From positions 124,001 through 188,000 of the forward strand of contig JAHLTZ010000005.1 of the NCBI GenBank assembly GCA_025786725.1: DNA of 64,000 nucleotides. The letters run 5' to 3'. Under the pieces are notes generated by a model. It saw only the letters and a list, made by a program, of their open reading frames with translations. It did not search any database and had not been told where the DNA came from. Shown in pieces: positions 12,291 to 25,817 of this stretch. How positions within the stretch are numbered: the first letter of the stretch is position 1; the number at the start of each line of letters is the position of its first letter. The translations under genes were made by a program, and so were the position numbers. This DNA is from Syncephalis fuscata S228. Its lineage: Eukaryota > Fungi > Zoopagomycota.

Positions 12291-14358
12291 TTATAACATC
12301 AATGATTCATATAAGCCACCACCGTATTTGTCCATCCAGCCAATAGCGACACTTGATAGACGACACGCAGAAGACATCCTCGTCTTTTGTCTACTTGGCT
12401 CTGAAAGTGTTATTTCGCTGAGGTCTAAAGGCTTGTCTTCTTTTCCATCTTCAGTTTTTCTGTGGATAAGATGACTCATCAAGCTGTAAATACGTCCGGT
12501 GTGCGCATCAACAAGCCAGCTTTCTCCAGATTCACCACCAAGCATCGCACAGAAAGATCCAAGAAAGGGATTAAACACCACATAGTATGGACAAGTGATT
12601 GAACGCAGCAGATTTCCATTGCGAGCATCCAATACATCGACTGACCTATAGTTCTGGACGGTAATCAGCTTTTCGCTGTATAGATTTGTAACACCTCTGC
12701 TAAGTATAGGCCGGCTCCACAATATGCGCCCTTGGTCAGAGCTATCGATTGGCAGTAATGGGCCATAATCTCTAGCATCAAACAAAGACTGTGCCGAGTC
12801 ATTTGGTGCAGACTTTCCTAATGCAAACAAAGATAATAAACAGCCAAATGTTTTATCATTGCGTGTAAATTTCTTTTTTTCGTTCCATACAGTAATTAGA
12901 CACATCTTCTCTGTGTACATATCGGCCCTAATGACGGCGTTCGGACAATACGGAATGCTGACCTGACCCGATAAAATCTTTTTACACTGATGTTGATCTT
13001 TTTGAAAATCAAATGCTTCCCATTGGAGATTTAATGATTTGTTGTCCCTGCCAGTGGCATGCAAGGTTTGAGCAGTTTCAGACGTAGGTGTGTTTCTATC
13101 TTCTATTGGGCTAGGCATTATCGACCACGTTAGCAATTGGCACTGGTTGTGAGATGCAAACTGGATGCAGGCATCTGAATTACGCATATGCATTTTTGGA
13201 CCTTTTATCAACTTGTTACCACTTAAATCAATTAAATCAAATACGCGGTATGAATCTTTTTCGTAGATATTACGTAAAAGTATCCAATCATTATAAATGG
13301 TGACCGGGTTGTCTATATGAAATTGTTGCTTGTTAGCGCTTCTATCCCCAAGATAAATAATATTGGGAGTCGAATTGCCAGTATTGGGCCATATTACAAT
13401 TGCATCGTGATCGCGAGCCTTCCAGTTCATTATACTTTTAGTGGTCGGGGCACTAGTAGAATGTTTGTCTAAGGTATTGAAAACTTTGGATTCATGTTCT
13501 TTAATGCGTTGCACATCTGTTTCAGCTAAATTCATTATTTTTAATGACATTGATAAATACTTTATATAATTGTTGTTGCTAATAGTTGTTACTTACCTAT
13601 TGAAGCACCAACAGATAAATGGCTTACATTGTCATCTGCATTTATATGAATATAGGCCACGACAAAGTTATATGTTTCATAGATAGAGCTGATGTAAACA
13701 TCATTGTCAAATGGAAGTGCCAGTAAAGGAATGGTCAGTTTTTTCCAAGCTAACTCCTTGCTGTTTTGTTCATTTTCTTGCTAAAATCATCATGCTGAAT
13801 GGACCAGATTTCTGATTCTTGTTTGTCTAATACCAATGCGTTCCACGGATTTATGGCAGTCAGTTCCAGTCGAGCGCGTTTATTGACCGGCAATTCGCAA
13901 ATCTGTCTTTTGAATCTGCCTGCCATAAAGTTGTGATTCGTTTGCCGACGCCGATAATAAGCGTAAAACCATCGAGTGGTACTGAAATTCGAAGCAGACA
14001 GCAAATCGTTAACAGGTAGTCTATATTCATCATTGCTATTACCATCTGCTGTAATAGTAGATGGCAATAAATGTCCTTGTTTTGTCTGGTTTGTATCGGA
14101 TGTAGAGTCTTTTAATTTTGTTGCAGTAGTTGTGTGCCAATTATACCGTGTAAGCCATTTTTGCTCGCGCTGATCACCCAGTGGAAACTCTCGCTTATAT
14201 TGTCGTTCCCAATAGCTAGGTCGATCAACTATCGCCTGGTGAATAAATCGACAGCTGTTGGCAAAAGCCATTAGTTCTTTGTCTCCCATAAAGCGACATA
14301 GGTGTAATAAAACATCGCGGTTTTGCCATAAACTTTTATTATGAGTATCTAAAGGCAT
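12291..14358 (-). CDS. Lineage-specific F-box protein, paralog 1 (one intron near 13560-13596, frameshift near 13745)
   Basis: LWQNRDVLLHLCRFMGDKELMAFANSCRFIH F-box-like N-terminus; clear paralog at 45593-47584. Confidence 0.75.
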
Positions 14359-15068
14359 AGTTAATTAGAAATAATAACTGTGCTAAAAGTGTAATATGAT
14401 AGACAGAGCGAACAATAGCTAGTGAAAATAATAAAAAGGACATGAGGTGGATGTAGGCTGCTTTGTTCTATTTACATTATGCAGTAACACAAATACGCTG
14501 TTGTGAGTCTAAATAAGAGTGTCTCTTAGATTGCTCGGCATAGATATATTAAGGTACTTGTGTAGCACACACTCACCATAAATATTTACATGATTTGCCC
14601 ACCTTATAATAAAGTATTGGTCTTCACTTTATTTTACCAATCAATTAGTTGTTTTATCCATGACAGCGTGTATCTTTTCGTAGCTCCTCTATCTTATATT
14701 ATAGCACTATGGCAGCTAAAACTAATGTATAATCCACAATATCTTGTAATTATATCATTTATTCACCAGGTGACAAGCACTTTTGTCTTAAATTTACTAT
14801 TACCATATTTGGTAATTATAAATTATATTTTTCACAGCCCTATATTTTAAGTGAACATTTTCTATTTGTTTCCTGGCGCTACTTTTATGTAATAAAAATA
14901 ACTATGTAAATGATTAGCTTTTATAAAAAAAATAAAAGCAGGATATTTAATCACTTTTTAAGCATATTCGTATAATTATAATTATTGCTTTTATTTCATT
15001 GTAATACTATTATTTATCATATTTACAATAACAAACTATTAGCTCTAATGTATTATAATAGTCATATT

Positions 15069-15143
15069 TATATTAAATACCACAATACATGATTATTAAC
15101 TTATGTAATAATGTTTTATAAAACAAGAATAAAATATTAGATT
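15069..15143 (+). repeat. ~75 bp direct repeat, copy 1 (copy 2 at 18754-18825)
   Basis: tatattaaata..a.aatacatgattatta...tgtttataaaacaa..aaaatattagatt shared between the two copies. Confidence 0.7.
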
Positions 15144-15209
15144 AAATAAATGATTGCTCTAAATTTATTTGAATCGTTATGTTTATTCGTTAATAAAGCA
15201 AATACATAA

Positions 15210-17171
15210 TTATGCTTTACAGTTGGATGGTAAGCTAGTATCGGCCGTCTTAGTAAGATCTTTAGAAGCGGCCTTATATCCAAGGCCTCGCTTGGCAAAT
15301 CCACGCCAGATTTCACAAGCATGTTTACCACCAGTCAATTGCTGTTCAGCTTGAATGATAGCATCTCGAGCTTGAAGGAATGTTGGATTGCACGGTTGTA
15401 ATTTTAAACCATCGATGATAATTTGCATTAACAGCGTATTACCCTTTGAAATGTCGGCCAAGTATTTGTTTGTTGGAACCCAAGCTTATTGACAAAGTTC
15501 CAATAGACCTCGTACAACATTGTGGCCCAAATTTCGCCAATATTATGTACCTCACCACCCCATTCAGGCTGATTTAGATAATCATAAGTCTTGGGATTTG
15601 CAGTTATGTCAGTTGAGTATGGATGATGACGAATATTTTTACCAACAACATATTTGCCCATTTCAACGTTTTTAGTAAATTTGTCTAACGCTTTCATCTC
15701 GATCCAGTAAGCAAAGAAATCACTCCATCCTTCGCCCATGCCTCTAGATTCTTGTGCCCGCAAGCATAAAGCATTTTTAGAACCACCAGTGAGTCGATTA
15801 GATACGCCATGACCATATTCGTGTGAAATGATATCATTTTCAAAATCACCGTCGCGGCCTGGGCTTACATTGTCAAAACCAAACATTGCCATCGTTGGTC
15901 GTTCACCATCAAGCGTAGGCAAAAAAAATGCATTGCCACGATAACCTGGAAAATCATAGCCTTGCAATGCTTGGGCGGCTACAGCATCCCCACCCTTGCC
16001 ACCTTTGTCACCGTTGTTTTCTTGGAAGTTGCCAGCAGCTTCATTGAAACCATATTGATAGAAAAGATCATGCATAATGTTGGTGATATAAAATAAATTG
16101 GTAACAGCTGCATTGATATTGTCTTTTGGAGCTTTTTTAGCGTCGTATGCAAAATCGAATTTTAGATTTTTTCCACCATCTGGACGAGTGCTATTTTTCC
16201 ACTTAGATTCGTCGTCATCGATCATATCATAATCATAATCTTCGACTTCATAGTTGGCCTGAGCAAACACATTGTTACCAACCGTAGTGGTAAACTGTTT
16301 GCTTCCCTGTGTGTGCCAGCCATTTGGCGATGCGGTCTTGTCAGCTGGATTCGTGACGGTTTGAAGTGGTGTATCGATAGGATTATTGTTGCCAAATTTA
16401 ACAACACTGTAGCTGGCAAAAGATATTAAATCACTCAGCGCGAGTATTTTGGTGCCATCAGCCGATACATGGGCCGAGAAATAATTGAGTGGTAGCTTGA
16501 CTGTAAATTCCCAAGCAGGTTCTACTTCATTGGCGCTTGTTTGAATGTATGATTGCGATGCCTTTACAGCAGACTTGGTAAAACCAACATTCTTGAGCAG
16601 ATATGACTGACCACCACCTGTAGACTTGGCCTGTGGTACAACTTGGACCTTGCTGGCATCGAATTGCTGTTGATGTGTGTGGCAAGTATACTCAAAGCAT
16701 CGGCTGGAGAAACAAATCCGGCGGTCTGGCCATGCCATGTTTTATGTGGTTGAGCTACCAACTGGTTAGCTGTGTTGGTCTTGAAGAAGCTGTTGTCATA
16801 GGCAATGATCTTGTTTGCTTTGTCGACATGAACACCCATGACACCATTGGAGACTTTAATGCCTTGATGGTTTGCTGAAGGTAGACATGGGTGGTACCGC
16901 TGAGCTTGGATTTGTGCGAGGTGGTCACAACAAAGTCACCATCCTTGATATGGAGCTGCGAACGAGCAAACTCAAGCGCAACTTCTTGTGCATTGTGAGG
17001 TGTAAATGACGCTGGTGGTTTGTAGCTGCCTAGATTGGGCGACAAAGTGCGAACTGCAGAATCGACGTTAATCTTGGGAATGATAGAGTCAACCTCAATT
17101 CGTTGGTTGGCACATGAAACGGCGGCAACAAATGCCAGAATCAGCGAAGCAATACGTAGATCGATGTGCAT
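15210..17171 (-). CDS. Secreted fungalysin metallopeptidase (M36), intronless, with about 3 frameshifts
   Basis: Signal peptide MHIDLRIASLILAFVAAVSCA, propeptide THVYLQQ, HDLFYQYGFNEAAGNFQ, zinc motif HEYGH, GMGEGWSD, CEIWRGFAKRGLG. Confidence 0.93.
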
Positions 17172-18019
17172 TTTGATAATAAAAAGCGAAGAGTTGTGAT
17201 ACGCAAATTGGTTAAAAACAATAAAGATTGGTTAAAAACAGTGGATTTCAAAAACAGTGTTAATCGTAAGTTAGATTGTCGTAGATGGATCGCGTAATTG
17301 GTAAGATGTTGAACGTAAGATTGATGATGTGTGGTTATAATGCCCTACAATAATACTTCAACAAACACAGCTTTTATAATGAATTCCACATCTACGCGAT
17401 GTAAGTTTTGATTTGCAATTCAATAAAACATAGTCACACATTACCGATAGGTTGGCACTGGATATACGTATAGCCAGTTGTTGGCCTGTATCAGCATATG
17501 TTATACACAATTTACTGGTATTGGCTAAGTTATATCCCAGAATATGTGTAGTACATTAGTAGGCCTCAAATCAAATGGTTCCACAACATGTGATTGATGA
17601 TGCGCATTAAATCATTACAACATCTAACATTTATTGCGTGTTACTTAGACTATATAAAGGCGAAAAGCAAAGGCAAAAGTTCATTTATGGGTGGTTCATG
17701 TATCTAATAGCCCTTTAATTTAATTAAAACAAGCCAGTAGCTAGTCATAATGATAGTCTAGGCCTGAAGTATAGCCCCATGGGCGGTTTGAATTTGATTA
17801 ATGGCAGTCAATTTGAAGTCTCATTATTTCTTGACACATGATTGCTTCCAATAATCAATCACGTCATAGCCGAACAAATGGCGAGTCCTTAATCAGTTTT
17901 AAGTTTCAAACGATTATATTCGTAACATTAGATTTATATAACAGCATCAGCAATTCAATAATGTATTGTCTTTTACTATTGAATAAATTATTGATTTACA
18001 GTCAGTGTATTTGATGTGT

Positions 18020-18710
18020 AAATTTGCACTATTTAGTTTTAATACATAATTTAATAAATCATTATCGACGTCATATATCGTACGGCTTAATATTACCTAT
18101 ATTCATTCATAAAAAAGGCCTTTTTATTTCTTTTGCTAATTTGTTTGCACAAAGTCATTTGAACTCCTTGTATGGACTATTTGGAAGCTTGAAAAATAAA
18201 AGTTGTGTTATTTTCAGCTAATAAGAAGACTGTTTGTAAATGTCAGCTTGGCTATTATAGATATGTCTGTTTTACCTAATGGATTTGATTCACCACAGGC
18301 AGCAAAAAAAGCTGATTGTTTAATTTTCAGCATAACTTTTAGTTCAGTTTTAATATGATTTTGTATTTTCTGTTCTAATTGGATAAACTTACTTTTGTAA
18401 GATTGTGTCAATAGGATAATATTTTGCATCATCCAGAAGCAATGCTTTAATATTACCGCTGTAACACAATTTATAATTTACTATTAGGCTTTTATGCTAT
18501 GAATCAAATTATATGAACTATCAATAGGTAGTCATTTCTATATTTACTACAATTAATGTTTTTGCTGTAGGTTAATAATTTGCTTTTCTATTACATTGAG
18601 TAAACTATTCACCCGTATGACCATTTTTATTTTGTTAAAAGTATAGGTTGTACCATTGTGTCAAATTTCAGTGTTATGCCGATACACCTGTTGTTTTGAA
18701 ATGTTTTTAC
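18020..18710 (-). pseudogene. Degenerate paralog of the neighbouring kinase-like gene
   Basis: Fragments LIH..IKPN with the same gcctaatagtaa exon/intron junction as the intact gene, GNIKALLLD, YNSQADIY, LPNSPY; many stops. Confidence 0.45.
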
Positions 18711-18753
18711 AAGTCATAAATGATCGATTTTAATAAATTATTAAGTTTAAATC

Positions 18754-18825
18754 TATATTAAATATCAGAATACATGATTATTACATTAGATTATAGTGTT
18801 TATAAAACAATAAAAATATTAGATT
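18754..18825 (+). repeat. ~72 bp direct repeat, copy 2
   Basis: Matches 15069-15143 by eye. Confidence 0.7.
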
Positions 18826-19154
18826 TAACAAGCTGTTACTAGCATGATAACATGCTTATATTTTGTAAGTGTGACTAAAAAATACATCAAACAGTTGAAT
18901 AGTCTGTTAATATTATATATGATTAGCCACAAAAATGATACATATATCGAATATTGACACTAATTACTAGCAAGCAGACAGCTATTACAAAGATGTAAAG
19001 ACTAAATCATTGACGTAAGTGTTGGTAAACATTGAAAGCCAACGCTATAGAATAGTATCAAAATAACGCATTGCCTGATCGTCTAAGCTACACGTTTTAA
19101 AATCATGATTATAACAACACAGTATGAATAAACAATGCATAGTTTATTTTAGCT

Positions 19155-20452
19155 TCAAACTAGAGATAGCGTTGTCATTGATGGATTGAGCCTACTAAAT
19201 ACTTGCTGATCACGTGGGAATACAAATTCCATTACCATCTCGTGAGCAGTGAATCGATTAACAGGCCTTGGTGCCAGTAAAAGTGTGATCCATAGGACAA
19301 TTGTAATAACATCATATCGATTAGCAATATTTTGAATTCTGGATCAATAGTAATTAGCTCATGCTTAATTTCATTTGCTTGGAATGCTTTGATGACATCG
19401 CTCTTGTATTTCTTTTGTATTTTTTTAGCATGTAATCCGAAATAATTATTATATGGAAGTTTTCCCATTAGCAGCTCATACAACACTACGCCAATTGACC
19501 AAGATTCAGATTTAGGAAAACTGCTTCGGTAGCCATCATGCATAAACGTTTCGGGGCTACAGTAGGAATACGTTTCGCACCGCAATGTACCCATCATACT
19601 GGCTTTTTCTTTAGTAGAAGTATAGAAATTGATAAGCTGGAGCGAAGCAAGGCCGGTTTCATTTACATCAATGATAATATCTAATAAAAGTGTTAAACAA
19701 TATTAAACATATTGCACAAACTTACTATTAGGCTGAATGTCCCGATGTACAATATTGTTGCAGTGAAGGTAAGCATTGGCTATTATAATTCAAATTATTT
19801 GTGTCAACATAAGCTATAATGGTAAATAAACCTACTTACCCACTAGCAATTGGCGGGTAATCATATAGGCTAACTTGTACCGATAATCAGTAGGATTTTG
19901 ATTTATAAATTGACGAAGACTAATGGCAGATTCTTTTCTTAAATAGACGGCACAGTTAAAACCATCAGTCGTATCAAACGTTTTTTCAACCCGTGAAAAA
20001 AGATCAAGAGACCAATATGGTAGATTGCATTGCTTATTTGTTGAACTTAAATCAAAGATTTTCTACAGTAATGTCAGTATATAGTACAATATGAATATAT
20101 ATATGTATGTATATATTAAAATGTTTACCTTTGTAATTTCTATTTCGTTATCGTATCTTTTATCTTTTTTCGCGCATTTTAAAAAGGCGGGTTTTTGGAG
20201 AAAGTTTACTTTGGCTGTTTTTATATTAGCATTTTTAGGTATCCATCTAATGTTAGTTACGCCAGTTGTCGGTGCAACTATTGGGTATTTTCTAAAAGCT
20301 TTTTGAGCTAAAGGACCTTGAGTAAATTCTATTTTTGCTACATTATTTTTAGTCAAATCAAGCTTAGTGGTTTGTGCAACAGAATTGGATGTTAAACAAC
20401 AAACAACAGCAGCTACAGAGACGATAGATTCTAAATGAATATTGAGATGCAT
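19155..20452 (-). CDS. Signal-peptide-bearing protein kinase-like protein (probable pseudokinase), 4 exons
   Basis: MHLNIHLESIVSVAAVVCCLTSNSVAQ, AFLKC, NEIE, LHCNNIVHRDIQPNN, LINFY at the DFG position, YCSPE, SESWSIGVVLYELLMGKLPY, and LLAPRPVNRFTAHE after a 1-nt frameshift near 19330. Confidence 0.85.
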
Positions 20453-20853
20453 TTTTCTAGTAAAATAAATGTGTGATGATAAATAACCAATTGATTGCCT
20501 AGAAAATAAAAACTGTTCATTTTTATAGCTCATATTTGATTTTGATTAAGCTATTGCTTTGTTGTAACAATGACATGTGATACTAGATCAATTTAGCAAT
20601 ATCGCCATATTAGTGATTTTAAACTCAACTACAAATATATTTGATTTCCGTAAAAAGAGTGTAGTTTAAAAGCAATAGTTTCTTCATGTTGTGATAATCT
20701 CAAAAAGTATATTGTCAATATCAATTATATCCATAAAAGCACATTTAAAAAATATGGCTGCAGCTAAAAATATCTTTGTCGTATTATCATTGACAATTAT
20801 TGCCATACAAACTAACACCATTTTATTATTATTGCAGTTAATATCCACTAGTT

Positions 20854-22489
20854 CTAAACAGAAGATGAAAGCGAGGAAGATCTATTTGCACGTAAAATGT
20901 TGCTGATAAAGAATTCGCCCGCTTTATAGGAAGACCGTACCAATGGACCACTTGCAACATACTTGAATCCCATCTGCTCACCAATCTTTTGCCAGTGCTC
21001 AAACTTTTCTGGTGGTACATACTCGGACACCTAGTAATGGTGATGTACAATAAATATATGGTTTATCCCCACTCTCCATTGTATCTCACCTTCATATGTT
21101 TACGTGTAGGACGCATATACTGTCCAAGGGTCAAGCAATCGACTTCAGATGCTCGTAAATCTACGTTTTATACCTTTATTAATACACACTATCAATATTA
21201 TAGTATTACTAGCTCACCTTTCATGGCCTGTAGTACTTCTTCATCTGTCTCACCACAGCCCAACATGATTGATGTTTTGGTAAATAAACCTGGCCTAACC
21301 TTCTTTGCATGTTCCAATACGCCGATAGACTGGCGATAACCAGCACGTCGATCGCGTACATACTTTTGTAGCCCCTCAACCGTTTCAATGTTATGTGCAT
21401 ACACGTCAAGTCCTGACAATGCTACTGTGGCTACATTGTCCAAATTACCTTGGAAATCGCCCGTTAAGCATTCTACGAGAATATGTGGTGCTCTGGATTG
21501 TAATACACATATTAACAATAAATCAATGCACATTAACTAGCAAGCTTACTTTTCTTTTAGGCGTCTAATAGTTTGGGCAAAATGCTCTGATCCACCATCT
21601 GGTAAATCTACATATTTTCTCATTAGACACCATTTATAGTACTTTCAAGTAATAAAAATAATAACAATAAACTCACCATCTCGATCCACTGATGTCATCA
21701 CAATATAATCAACACCCCAGCGAGAAATAGCATCGGCAGTGTTTTCTGGCTCGTTAGGATCCAACGGTTTTGGTGTTTTACTTGTTTTAACCGAACAGAA
21801 ACGACACGCCCGGTACATTCATCTCCCATCAACTATCCTGTCAGTTAGTACTTGCTATATTATTATGATATACAGTGCAATTACCATAATAGTGGCTGTA
21901 GCGGTCTGATGCTCTCCACCGCCCCAACAATCGGATATATTGGGACATTTGGCCTCTTCACATACCTAATAAACGTATAGAATAAGTTGTAAGTAATTAA
22001 ATAACAACTATTTACAGTGTGCAAATTAAGTTCACGCAGATTCTTGCGAATGCGTTGGAAATTCGATCCAGTAGGCACGCTCTGCTTTAGCCAAGAAGGT
22101 AGACGTTCTCTATTACATGAATCGCGTGTTAAATAAGTAATAACAACAATAAACATGATTGCGTCATACCTGGGACGTCGTGTAGTCGTTGTTGCTGTTT
22201 TGATTGTTTCCAAAGTATTAGCATCGGAGGTATTGCCAGTAATAAAGTCATCAAGCGTTGGGCCTTCTTCTAAACGACGCGAAAACTCCTGAAGACGTCC
22301 AGAAGACACCTCGTCTTTAGTAGAAGAACCAGTATAGAATCCTCTACTGGCAACAGCGCCTACACGAGTTGCCAAACAAGCCCGAGTCAACTATAATCAA
22401 TTGTTAGTATGAAGGAACAGATTGGCAGCAGCACTAAACAAGCATTAAACACCTACCAGTGTAGAACGAATTGAAACTGCAGTAAACAT
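20854..22489 (-). CDS. LIP5: Mitochondrial lipoyl synthase
   Basis: [13 protein letters not shown], radical-SAM CTRxCRFC (1-nt deletion near 21811), [27 protein letters not shown]. Confidence 0.96.
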
Positions 22490-22897
22490 GATTAGCGTGG
22501 AGGAAAAGAGTGTAATTTTGATTAACCGTGAGTATATTTTAAATCAAAACAGGCACTATTGAATTTAGGATCTATAGCTTTAAAATGGGATCAAATGACA
22601 AAAACAATTAAATAAACAAAAATTAGTATAAAAGAGTTATTAAACAGCTGCTTCTATAGCCAATCAGACCAAATAAATGGCATTTTGAACAATCAATTTG
22701 TTAATTATTCAACCCAAACATGAAATTATAACTAGCAGTTTATTAAAAGTATGATCTGCTTATTGGTAAAATAAAATGATATGTATATGTGTATATAGCC
22801 ACTAATAACAAACAAAAATATTGGATATACAATGATAGACATTGTTGTATAATTGTATACTAATTAAATGATGCGTATCTAAAATGAATAAAGCTTG

Positions 22898-24786
22898 CTA
22901 TTTGTTTAAGCCATCTTTTGTATCGGCGGCACTTGTACGCGATGCACGAAAACGAGTTGATCTAACCGGCGATAATAAAGGTTTATCCGTAGTGGTAGAA
23001 TGAGATGTACGTCTACTAGCATTCATACTTTGCGGCGGAGAAGTATTAGAAACTGTGGCCGTGGATGTATTATTGCTATTGTTATTATTATTATTATTAT
23101 TACTGCGCCGTCCATGAGATCGTTTGCCATGTGAATTGCCATGTTTTACTACTAATGTTCCAGTAGGTGGCCGTCTACAAGGTTATAACGTTTACTATTA
23201 TTCAGAAATGAATCTAATTTAACCGCTTACTTTGGATAATATCCCTGACGAGCCATTGTATTCATGGCAATTTCATGTCGGAAAGCGGCACACGGATCAT
23301 TCATCTGCCATATCTGTAATACATCAAATGTACGAGTATCTTTCTCGACAGAAGCCGAAACCGAAAGAGATGGTTTGGCTTCTTCATTTGCTTGAGCCAC
23401 CGGCACTACCGAATCCTTAGTTGAATCTGGTATCAATTGCCTAATGTGCATCGTTTCAACTAAAGGTGCGCTATTGCTAGATGACACAAGATGGGTGCTA
23501 AATGAACCAAATGGCTCATTCAAGTGAACAGTAGCTGCCGCATCTAAATACATTTCCATAGTAGATGGTTTACGGACAAGGGATCATCGCCTATCGATGC
23601 AGGTGACGACGTACGAAAAAAATCGGCCTGCTCATCATTAGATTGAATAGAAAAAGACGATGGCGAGGGCGGATCCTGTGCCGGTGATAAAGAACTAGCC
23701 GGTGTCAGCGTGGAACTGGAAAGTGTTTCCTCTTCCCAGGCCATTCGTACTAAATCTGACCCATCTTTGCCTTCTACACATATAATGTTTGGATTGCTAA
23801 CACTTAGTGCATCTAAAGAGATGGATGGACCAACACGGTAAGGGCGTCGTTGTCCAAAATAGCCATCTAGAAATATAGAAAAGTCATGGGCCGGCTGCAT
23901 CTCTTTACTTTCATGTGATATCGCATCTGTAGATAATAAATGAGGATTAATAGTAGGAATATTGGCGTTATTGGATCCTGTTGGATACAGTAAAGGTGCA
24001 GTAACTGTATTTGTTAAGGACTGGGATTAGAATAATGACATCCATTTCTATTTATTTAATTAATTAGTAGCTAGTAATAATTAATTATTGGGGTCAAAAT
24101 GCTTACGTTATATCGTTCGATTGGCTTAAATTAGTGGTTGCCGTATTATAATTAGAAAGTGCCAAAGACATTTCTGTCTGAAAAGATCGATTAGAAGATG
24201 GATCTTGATTAGGTAAAGATAATGTTTGTATAGTTTGAGGTAATCCATAAGCGTAATTTATGGAGGATTTTATAGAAGATGGCACTGACATGGTTGAATA
24301 ATGTTGCTGTTGACGCTGTTGTTGTTGATGATGATGGTGATAATAAAGGTGTTGTTGTTGATGGTGATGCTGTTGTTGTTGTTGTTGAGAATAATGACGG
24401 TGTTGTGGAGCATATGGATACGAGTGAGAAGAAACCATAGACATCCAACGATGAATGGGTCCGTGCGAGGGATTCGTAACAGTAGTTGATGGCGATGAAG
24501 TAAAAGGAGCAGAATGTGGTCGGTACTCCATGTCGTAAGGATACACAGATGCACCACTAGTAGGAAGAGAAGTAGGATTTGAACTAGCTACGCCAATCGA
24601 TGATTCTAAAATAGGCAATGAATGATGCTGATGGTGTTGCTGTTGCTGTTGTTGGTAATGATGCTGATATAGGTGTTTATGACTATTATTATTATTATTA
24701 CTATTATATGGTATCTGAACTAAACCCGATGGTGGTGGTTGGCGTTCATTCCAACCTTGAATAGGCTGTACAGCTAATTTATCCAT
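22898..24786 (-). CDS. Hypothetical Q/H/S-rich low-complexity protein, multi-exon
   Basis: Consecutive minus-strand ORFs linked by GT-AG introns and one frameshift near 23550; no recognised domain. Confidence 0.6.
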
Positions 24787-25817
24787 AGATAATAAAAGTC
24801 GAGATGTATAAAACACAGTAGCACCGACAATAAGACTTGCAAATCCTACAATAGACCGGAACGAAACAAGAACAAAGAAGAGAGCGAGTAGCGAAAGGAA
24901 AGGGAGAGAAGGGATATGTGTAACGATGATAAAACTAATGTAAACGACGAGCTGCGAACAATACACTTTCTTTTAAAGGGGCTCGACGCGTTGATCATGG
25001 GCCTCCTTTGGTCTATTATTGCATACCTGTATAAACTAGAATGGTGACGCCACAGAATAATATAGCTACCGATGGATTATAGACTGCATTAGTGTAAATA
25101 ACATTTAATGTTTGTTATGATTAGCTAACAAAATAGAATGCTTACATTTAATTTATTAACAATAACAATACAAAAGTAATAACAACCGTAGCAACACTTT
25201 CTATTGAGTGTTATTGTTGTTGTTGCTGTTAATGTAGAATCTATTTGAAACAATAGCCCATGCATTGCGTGTGGCTTGTAATAAGACCTTGGTTCTCGTT
25301 TAGACCATCAGGATATCCTCGACCATACCCCGTATTTCAGAATTACATAGGAGAGGTAGAAGCGAAGGCAACAGCCCAATGCATAATTCATTACAAGGTG
25401 GCACCATGCCATTCTTGCAGAGATATAATTAGAAAACAATCCAAACTTGTTATTTATTCGATAGCACGGATTATGTGCAAATAAATGAAATGTCATTGGT
25501 AATTGATAAACATTTACTATTTATATTTTCCAATATAATTAATGATTTATCAAGTCACATATTAATTATAATAAGTCTTAAAATTTATTATTATAATTAT
25601 TATATATATAATGTATAAAATCTAATACTACAATACTATCAATTGTATTCTTACTCTTATTATTGGCTATAAACACCACCACTTTGTATTATATATTATC
25701 ATTTAGAGCATTATTCTATTGAATATCACCATGGTAATAGATGGTTAATAGTAAACACTGGGAAATTTAATTAATGGATAGCAACTTTGAACCATTTACA
25801 TGAATTGACATGACAAA

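Noticed and set aside
15210-17171. Fungalysin as a pseudogene or programmed frameshift
   Set aside because: Catalytic motifs are intact and the same kind of 1-nt loss occurs in RPB10 and LIP5, so sequencing error is likelier
24209-24557. Alternative-frame and antisense ORFs in CAA/CAT-rich DNA (also 28503-29620 and 57868-58132)
   Set aside because: By-products of trinucleotide low-complexity coding sequence
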